IMG/VR virus record: IMGVR_UViG_3300043446_004488
Span: 12,457 to 76,456 of that record
Source: a virus
Reading direction: 5' to 3' (one strand)
DNA: 64,000 nt
Shown one piece after another: positions 57,407-64,000 of the stretch. The stretch's first letter is position 1. Every line of letters begins with the position of its first letter. The position numbers were made by a program, and so were the translations under genes. The notes under the pieces were generated by a model. It saw only the letters and a list, made by a program, of their open reading frames with translations. It ran no database searches and was not told the origin of the DNA.

Positions 57407-57982
57407 TTATTCCTCAATATATGCTCCAAGAACATCATAGTCAGTTCCATGATTTGTCTTAAAATCTATGAACTGATATTTAGGATTAATCTCTAAAATC
57501 TTTTGTTTCAATTCTTCTCTTGTGTCATTAAAATAAATGGGAATATCATCAATTAAGATGTTGTGTGTTTTAATTTTTGATGTGGATATAATTTCAAGTT
57601 CTTCAAAAGTAGGGACTCCACCACCTTCTCCATGAGCATCTAACCAAAACAAAGATTTTTTATTTAATTTGGAAACAATTTCTGGGAAGGTTTCTATTGA
57701 TGTTCCATTCCAAAGAAGTACATTATTATTACTTTCAAATTTTTTCATACAAAACTCATATCTGTCTTGCATAAACTCACAACTTAAAACTTTTTCAAAT
57801 CCAAGTTCAAGAGCTACTTCTACACTTCCCCCCAAATGTGTTCCAGTTTCTACAAAATATTTACACCCCTTTTCTATTCCAAAGTATTCATAGATGTAAT
57901 ACATTGGATTTTTTCCTTCTGCTGCTGCTCTATCATAAAATTGACTAGACATTAAAATAATTCTCCCAAATAAAATCTTCAA
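57407..57982 (-). CDS. Putative SAM-dependent methyltransferase
   Basis: FVETGT, FWLDAH, LIDD; paralog of 51692-52261. Confidence 0.65.
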   Translation of the reverse strand: MKILFGRIILMSSQFYDRAAAEGKNPMYYIYEYFGIEKGCKYFVETGTHLGGSVEVALELGFEKVLSCEFMQDRYEFCMKKFESNNNVLLWNGTSIETFPEIVSKLNKKSLFWLDAHGEGGGVPTFEELEIISTSKIKTHNILIDDIPIYFNDTREELKQKILEINPKYQFIDFKTNHGTDYDVLGAYIEE

Positions 57983-58781
57983 GAACTTCCATTTTTTTAA
58001 CTCGTTTTAAATTATCTTGAATTGCATCCATTTTATTATAGTATAATTCATCAGAAATGTAAAACTCATCAGATAAATCTATAATTCCTTCTTTATTAAA
58101 ATAGTTTCCAATATCAGGGGAACCAAGATAAACAGGAATAGTTCCTGTTGCAAAACAATCTAAAAGTTTTTCTGTAAAGTAAGTTTCATATTGTCCATTT
58201 TCAATAGCAACAGAAAACATATAATCACAAAGTCCTTCTTCCTTTTTAGCAATTTCATTAAATCCACGTCCATACAAATCTATCTGCCCCCTCAATCTAT
58301 CTACCCATTCTAATCTTACTCTATGACCTTCACAAAATTTTTTGTTAGATGCTATCATAGAAATCATTTTTGATTTCTCATAAATTTTTGGTTCTTCAAT
58401 CCAAAATCCTTGTGCAGGAACCCATTTAAATTTAGAATCAATCTTAAGTAAATCTTGATTATGTGTAAAAATAATATCAAATGTTTCTAGATATTTTTCT
58501 GGAAACATTTTAACTGCATCTACAATTTGAGGTGTGATATATTTTGACTCTAATAACCACCCATACTTTGGACCATCTTTTTCATCTATAAATGCTTGTT
58601 CTAAAGTATAGTCAATATAAAAAGTTGCTTCTCCAGAATCATCTTTCACCCACTCAATATATTTGGATTCTTTTCCATGAACCGAATATCCTTTATTACC
58701 TCCACTTAAATGTGTAAATGTATCACCAACAAGATTAAATTTAGTTCGCATTTTAATTAAAGTAGGATTGATAAATTTCAA
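57945..58781 (-). CDS. GT10 fucosyltransferase-like protein
   Basis: YMFSVAIEN...YFTEKL...GTIPVYLG. Confidence 0.8.
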   Translation of the reverse strand: MKFINPTLIKMRTKFNLVGDTFTHLSGGNKGYSVHGKESKYIEWVKDDSGEATFYIDYTLEQAFIDEKDGPKYGWLLESKYITPQIVDAVKMFPEKYLETFDIIFTHNQDLLKIDSKFKWVPAQGFWIEEPKIYEKSKMISMIASNKKFCEGHRVRLEWVDRLRGQIDLYGRGFNEIAKKEEGLCDYMFSVAIENGQYETYFTEKLLDCFATGTIPVYLGSPDIGNYFNKEGIIDLSDEFYISDELYYNKMDAIQDNLKRVKKMEVLEDFIWENYFNV

Positions 58782-59664
58782 AAAATTGTTTTGTTTTTTC
58801 TGGGAGATAATTTTTAAAACTAGAAAGATTATTAATTAAATTAAGAGTATTTCTATACCCAATAATTTCATTTTCAAGATTAGTAATTAAATCTTGAACA
58901 TTTCTATCTTGATAAACAGATGCTTTATTGTAAATAACAGAGTTTGGAAAATAATGTTGTAAAATATATCCACCCCAAATATCATCCATTCTACCAACAT
59001 GAGGAAGAACTGTATAGTATGGAATTACTTCTCTTGCTAAGAAGGTATTTTGACTATTAAATGGTGCTATTTGATTTGCACAATATGGTTTTGTAACATC
59101 AGAATATTTCATTAAAGGTTTGAATGAAAGTCTAGCCATAGCATCAATATCTGGATCTCCATCCCACAAATCTGCTTGAACTAAAACCTTTCTATATGTC
59201 TTTCCTTTATATACAACGTTGTGTCTTGTTGGAACATACTCAATTGGATATCCTCTATGCCAAACTTCATTTCTACAAGTTATAGAAAGAGGATCAAATA
59301 CATTATGAGATGATTCATACAAATCACATTCAATTGTATCTCCTACATGAAGATCTTGTCCCCAATTATCATAGGGAATGTTATCATCATCTACAGTGGC
59401 AATTACATCTGCTCCAAGATTATATGCCTCAACAAATCCAATATTCCTACGTTGAATTGATTTCCATCCAATAATATCAGAAAGTTCTTTATATTTTGTT
59501 TCCTGTTCTTCTGGATGCAAATAAATGCAATTTAATTTTTGATACTCTTCATGTGGAGTTTTAGTGTCTCCAACAACAATTAATGTCCAATCTTCAAACT
59601 GACAAAACTTTTTTGTGGCAACTGTTGGGGGATTGATTGTTGTAGTTACAATATATTTTTTCAT
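58753..59664 (-). CDS. STELLO-like GT-A protein
   Basis: VTTTINPPT, VGD.KTP, RNIG, DDDN, DPDIDA, PFNSQNT. Confidence 0.75.
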   Translation of the reverse strand: MKKYIVTTTINPPTVATKKFCQFEDWTLIVVGDTKTPHEEYQKLNCIYLHPEEQETKYKELSDIIGWKSIQRRNIGFVEAYNLGADVIATVDDDNIPYDNWGQDLHVGDTIECDLYESSHNVFDPLSITCRNEVWHRGYPIEYVPTRHNVVYKGKTYRKVLVQADLWDGDPDIDAMARLSFKPLMKYSDVTKPYCANQIAPFNSQNTFLAREVIPYYTVLPHVGRMDDIWGGYILQHYFPNSVIYNKASVYQDRNVQDLITNLENEIIGYRNTLNLINNLSSFKNYLPEKTKQFFEIYQSYFN

Positions 59665-60497
59665 GCTTTAATTAAAACAGTATTACTATTCACTTCATTC
59701 ATGGGATACTTAACAAATCCCCAATTTGATTTGTTTTCATAAGTTTCATGAGAGTAAAAATTATCTCTTGGATTTGGACGTCCATGATTGATGTGGTAAT
59801 AAGGACTTTCTAAAAACTTAAGTTGTTTTCCTTTTTTATAGACATTCCAAAGAATTTCTCCATCCATAGCAGACTGACTAAATTGAGTTCTGTGATTTGC
59901 TTCACCCTCATTATATCCAGTTGCAACATTAAAGAAAACATTTCTACTCATCATAGTTGCATCCCCAGAATAAAGTCCACAAATACATGCATCTGGAAAC
60001 TCTGGATGATGAAGGTCTTCCACTAGAGTTTGATTGTCTGGATTATGTCCTAATGGAATTTCTCCTCTATATCTAACTCTATAAAAAACATCATCTCTAT
60101 TCACATTTTCAAATTCAGATTGAATCTGTTGAATCAATTGTTTGGAAAAAATAATATCGGAATTTGTAATAAAAATTAAATCTCCAAATGAGTTTCTACA
60201 TCCAACATTTTTTGCAAAATATTCATAGTATGTTGTGGGGGTTAAATTTTCTCTACAGATTACAGAATTATCTACAATAATATTCCTAACTCTTTTGTGT
60301 GAAAGAGGTTCTTTAAGAAGAGGATGTTCATGTAAATATTTTTCATCTAATGGATTAAAGTCCACTACAATCATTTCATAATCAATACCAGACTCATCTA
60401 AATTTTGAAGATTTGTAGAGACTGCTTGATTCAATCTTTCAATAAAATTTTCTCCATAATTGTCATCACGACCACCAAGAACAATACTTAATTTCAT
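59661..60497 (-). CDS. GT-A fold glycosyltransferase
   Basis: RDDNYG, AKNVG, TNSDI, SGD. Confidence 0.65.
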   Translation of the reverse strand: MKLSIVLGGRDDNYGENFIERLNQAVSTNLQNLDESGIDYEMIVVDFNPLDEKYLHEHPLLKEPLSHKRVRNIIVDNSVICRENLTPTTYYEYFAKNVGCRNSFGDLIFITNSDIIFSKQLIQQIQSEFENVNRDDVFYRVRYRGEIPLGHNPDNQTLVEDLHHPEFPDACICGLYSGDATMMSRNVFFNVATGYNEGEANHRTQFSQSAMDGEILWNVYKKGKQLKFLESPYYHINHGRPNPRDNFYSHETYENKSNWGFVKYPMNEVNSNTVLIKA

Positions 60498-61552
60498 TTA
60501 CCCACCTTCTTAATTTGTTGTTGAATCCAATCATAAGTTTTTAAAATTCCTTCTTCAAGTGTTTGAGAATAATCCCATCCAAGTTTTTCACGAATTAAAT
60601 CATTATTGGAATTACGCCCACGAACTCCAAGAGGTCCATCAATATGATTTTTTTTAACATTCTTTCCAGAAACTTTGGCAGCAATGTCAACAAGTTGATT
60701 AATTGTCACCATTTCTTCTGATCCAATGTTTACTGGACCAGTAAAATCTGAATCTACTAATCTGCGTGTTGCCTCAATGCATTCATCAATATACAAGAAC
60801 GACCTAGTTTGTTTTCCATCACCCCACACATCAACAACTCCTCCTTCTTTTGGGAGATAGGCAACTTTTCTGCAGATGGCTGCTGGTGCTTTTTCTCTTC
60901 CACCTTCCCAGGTTCCTTCTGGTCCAAAGATATTATGATACCTAGCAACCCTAACAGGAATACCATAATTCCTATGGTAGGCAAAATAGAGTCTTTCTGA
61001 AAAGAGTTTTTCCCATCCATATTCTGAATCTGGGTTTGCTGGATAAGCTGTTTGTTCACGACAATCTGAATTGTCTGGATCTAGTTGATTATGCTCTGGA
61101 TACATGCACGCAGATCCAGAAAAGAAAATTTTAGTTTTATTTACTTCTTTTAATTTATTAAATTTAACTACTTCATCCAAAACATTCAAATTAATCATTG
61201 TAGAATTATGCATAATATTTGCATCATTCTCACCAGTAAAAACAAATCCTGCTCCACCCATGTCAGCAGCAAACTGATAGATTTCATCAAATGGTTGTAC
61301 AAACTTATCTACAATATTTACATAAAAGTTACCAGAATTTCCAGTATAGCGAATTACTTTTTTGACCAAAGATGCATCCCTAAGGTCTCCAATAACAAAT
61401 TCATGAGCCTCACTTTTACTAAATTCTGGAGTTTTAATGTCCACACCACGAACCCAATATCCTTCAGATTTGAGTCTTCTTACCATATGTGATCCAATAA
61501 ATCCACCAGCACCAAGAACAAGTGCTGTCTTCTTATATTCTCCCATAGTCAA
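60494..61552 (-). CDS. GDP-mannose 3,5-epimerase-like SDR
   Basis: GAGGFIG, AADMGG.GF, SACMYP, YGWEKL, GGREKAPAA.CRK, GVRGRNS. Confidence 0.85.
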   Translation of the reverse strand: MTMGEYKKTALVLGAGGFIGSHMVRRLKSEGYWVRGVDIKTPEFSKSEAHEFVIGDLRDASLVKKVIRYTGNSGNFYVNIVDKFVQPFDEIYQFAADMGGAGFVFTGENDANIMHNSTMINLNVLDEVVKFNKLKEVNKTKIFFSGSACMYPEHNQLDPDNSDCREQTAYPANPDSEYGWEKLFSERLYFAYHRNYGIPVRVARYHNIFGPEGTWEGGREKAPAAICRKVAYLPKEGGVVDVWGDGKQTRSFLYIDECIEATRRLVDSDFTGPVNIGSEEMVTINQLVDIAAKVSGKNVKKNHIDGPLGVRGRNSNNDLIREKLGWDYSQTLEEGILKTYDWIQQQIKKVGK

Positions 61553-61595
61553 AATAAAATACTATATCTTATTATATAGTAGAAGTTAAAAATGT

Positions 61596-62834
61596 TCAAA
61601 TAATTTGAATATAAGGAAGTGGAAAAATAAATTTACCTCCAGATTTCATATATTCTTTTTCTCTTTGAATTATACCATTTTTAAAATGCCATGGCAACAC
61701 AATCATATAATCTGGATTTAAAGATTTAACTTCTTTTTCAGAAATAATAGGAATATTAGTTCCTGGAGTTACACATCCAAACTTATCTGAATTTACCTCT
61801 CCAATAGCAGTAATGTCATCTGAAGTAAATCCACACCACTGAAGAAGAACATTACCTTTTGTTGAAGCTCCATATCCATAAATGCTTTTACCATCAGAAC
61901 GAAGTGATCTTACAAGATTAACTAATGAATCACGATGTTCATATGTTCTTTGAGCAAATTCAAAATAAGGTTTTACTGTATGAAGACCCATCTTATACTC
62001 TTCTTCAATTAACCAATTGATCACAGAATGATTCACCTTAATTGAAGTATTAGTATCTTTACATGCTGTAACTGCAAAACTACCTCCATTAATATCATTT
62101 AATGTGACATCAACAATTTTCATTCCAGATTGTTTAAGAATATTTTGAACAGATAACATTGAATAATATTCAATATGTTCATGACAAACTGTATCATAAG
62201 AAAGAGATCTTAAAGTTAGAGGAAGATAAGCTTGTTCAAAATGCCAAATTCCATTGTCATCAAGTATTGAATGAATGTCCTTTACAAAAGAAACTGGGTC
62301 TTCAAGATCATAAAAGCAAGCAATAGACATTACTAATTTTGCTTTTTTATTTTTTTCTATAGATTTATAATTTTCTTTGGAAAAGAAATCAGCAACTTTT
62401 AAAATATCTTCTGGATAGTAATGAAAAAACTTTTTAATAGTTGGATCAATTCCTATACGTTTAACATAACTTGGAAAGGATTTAAGCATTGTGCAATCAT
62501 TAGATCCAATGTCAACAACAACATCTCCGGGTTTTAAATTTGAAAATTCAATCAAGTATGATGCTTTGTCGACAAGATGTTGAATCATGGAATTATTGAG
62601 TCCAGATCTATATCCATAATTATCACCATACATTTTTGTTGGTTCAAAAGTATGTTTAAGTTGAACTAGATAACTTGAAGAACTCCAAGTCAATTCTAAA
62701 GGAGCAGACTCTATTTCTTCATTTGGTTTTGGAAATACTCCTGTAAGTTTTTGATTTGAAAGATTTAAGAATGTTACCAAATCTTTGCTTTTGCTGATTC
62801 TACAAGATTCAATTTCACTATACATTTTTATCAT
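61596..62834 (-). CDS. NDP-hexose C-methyltransferase family protein
   Basis: DIGSND, YDTVCHEH..YY, NGGS, GYGASTKG, LPWHF. Confidence 0.85.
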   Translation of the reverse strand: MIKMYSEIESCRISKSKDLVTFLNLSNQKLTGVFPKPNEEIESAPLELTWSSSSYLVQLKHTFEPTKMYGDNYGYRSGLNNSMIQHLVDKASYLIEFSNLKPGDVVVDIGSNDCTMLKSFPSYVKRIGIDPTIKKFFHYYPEDILKVADFFSKENYKSIEKNKKAKLVMSIACFYDLEDPVSFVKDIHSILDDNGIWHFEQAYLPLTLRSLSYDTVCHEHIEYYSMLSVQNILKQSGMKIVDVTLNDINGGSFAVTACKDTNTSIKVNHSVINWLIEEEYKMGLHTVKPYFEFAQRTYEHRDSLVNLVRSLRSDGKSIYGYGASTKGNVLLQWCGFTSDDITAIGEVNSDKFGCVTPGTNIPIISEKEVKSLNPDYMIVLPWHFKNGIIQREKEYMKSGGKFIFPLPYIQII

Positions 62835-63691
62835 CTATTTTCACGTTTGGATAAATGTTTATACTTAGTTAAAGCCTCAAATTTTTTTCCTTGAGGTAAA
62901 TTATTCACAGATTCTTTAAATTCATTTTCATATTTAACCCACAAATCAAAATTATGAGGAACTTTGCGAACTCCATTAGTCCACCTAGTATTATCCAATT
63001 TAGTTTTTACAAGAAAAAAACATCTGGGAAAAATTTTTAACTTTTCAATATATCCAGTTTTATTAAGGTAATTGAGAAAAGATTTTTCCAAATTAACATC
63101 AGAACAATTTTTAAAATCTTCAAAAAAACTTTCAGTGTTTATATAATGAGTAATTATTCCAATAACATTGTCAATATCTTTTGAAGGAAAGATGTGAAAT
63201 TTATCATTTATTCCTCCATAGTGATCTCCACTTGGAACCCAAAAATAATCATTGGATAAAACTTCCACAGAATTTACATAATAATGATCTGCTCTTGTCA
63301 TTATAATTCTATCATATTCATGCAATATGTGTTTTTTATAAGTGTAAACATAATGTAAAAACACACACCATATTGCACCAGATCCAATTGTTTTATACAA
63401 TCCAGAAAATCCAGAATCTGCTCCCAATTCAAAAGATTTTTTCCAAGAAAAATTATCTCCTATGTGTTCAATATAATAATCTTCCCAATTTTCATATTCT
63501 GGTATTTCCCAAATGTATTTTGCTTTTGAATATAAAGATAATGATTTATCTTCTCTATATCCAAAGCACAGTGCCAAATCAGCATTATATGGTTCTAACA
63601 GATTATCATACATACTATGCCAAGTTTTTTCACCACCTCTAGGATTTCCATTTAGTATTACTAAAGTTTTTTCTTTTGAAGATTTACTCAT
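62831..63691 (-). CDS. Hypothetical glycosyltransferase-like protein
   Basis: YDRIIMTRAD, GGIND motif; first gene of the sugar island. Confidence 0.55.
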   Translation of the reverse strand: MSKSSKEKTLVILNGNPRGGEKTWHSMYDNLLEPYNADLALCFGYREDKSLSLYSKAKYIWEIPEYENWEDYYIEHIGDNFSWKKSFELGADSGFSGLYKTIGSGAIWCVFLHYVYTYKKHILHEYDRIIMTRADHYYVNSVEVLSNDYFWVPSGDHYGGINDKFHIFPSKDIDNVIGIITHYINTESFFEDFKNCSDVNLEKSFLNYLNKTGYIEKLKIFPRCFFLVKTKLDNTRWTNGVRKVPHNFDLWVKYENEFKESVNNLPQGKKFEALTKYKHLSKRENR

Positions 63692-63718
63692 TTTAACTAA
63701 ACGGTTTTAGTATTTTAT

Positions 63719-63746
63719 AAAAAAAGAGGAGTTTAAAAAACTCCTC
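63719..63746 (-). terminator. Intrinsic terminator after the structured RNA
   Basis: GAGGAGTTT-TTT-AAACTCCTC + T7. Confidence 0.8.
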
Positions 63747-63755
63747 CTATGTAAC

Positions 63756-63947
63756 TCAGGCTCGCCACCAATTCTTTAACTGGAAATTGGAAACCAGGCG
63801 GGAGTGTTACCTCCATCCGCACCACCAATTTTTGATAGAAATTGGAAACTCATAGAGGGTCATATGACTCCACCAGGATTTTTAAAGTCTCTCCATGACT
63901 ACGAGGGGGTTTCCCGACCAGGGTGCTTTTTGAGTCATCCCAAGACT
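63756..63947 (-). ncRNA. manA/wcaG-like cyanophage structured RNA
   Basis: ~190 nt non-coding, GC-richer, four stem modules each followed by UGGY(C/G); between a tRNA and sugar-metabolism genes, the described context of these motifs. Confidence 0.65.
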
Positions 63948-63948
63948 A

Positions 63949-64000
63949 TAGGGACACTGGGAGTTGAACCCAGACTAACCCGTTATAAGCAGGCCGCTCT
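63949..64000 (-). tRNA. trnI: tRNA-Ile(UAU), 5' part outside the window
   Basis: Anticodon arm GCCTG-CTTATAA-CGGGT, T arm CTGGG-TTCAACT-CCCAG, 3' acceptor strand TGTCCCT-A. Confidence 0.85.

Noticed and set aside
7033-63710. Many short plus-strand or out-of-frame ORFs (e.g. 10590-11003, 33430-33954, 45225-45758, 55135-55938)
   Set aside because: Antisense or frame shadows of well-supported genes, with no motifs or RBS.
1-64000. Stop-codon reassignment, prophage or host chromosomal origin
   Set aside because: Core genes are intact in code 11 using all three stops; T4-like gene content and late promoters run throughout, with no integrase or host operons.

Overview
64 kb of an AT-rich T4-like cyanophage (cyanomyovirus) genome, mostly coded on the minus strand with the standard code. 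From left to right: (1) a truncated giant virion/tail-fibre gene, tRNA-Leu(UAA) and a baseplate/tail module (S74-chaperone protein, split gp5, CP12, hub, two tape-measure-like proteins with cell-wall hydrolase domains, gp51, gp26, tube-like protein, gp4, gp2, gp48, gp53); (2) replication/transcription core (gp32, gp59, gp33, exonuclease, phoH, thyX), a glutamine riboswitch with an NtcA-type box, speD and glutaredoxin; (3) a glycosyltransferase/2OG-Fe(II) oxygenase/glf cluster; (4) petE, psbA with a PhotoRC-II-like leader, three LamG-type fibre genes, two lysin-like genes, peroxiredoxin, two hli, petF, a small beta-barrel, pstS and an SLH-porin; (5) a ~17 kb nucleotide-sugar/glycosyltransferase island, a manA/wcaG-like structured RNA and a partial tRNA-Ile(UAU). 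Most interesting signals: a candidate -1 ribosomal frameshift fusing gp26 to gp51 (lambda G/GT-like layout), an NtcA box + Gln riboswitch + small basic peptide module, and an identical promoter/palindrome cassette shared by psbA and the porin. Family assignments come from motif recognition by eye; no searches were run.
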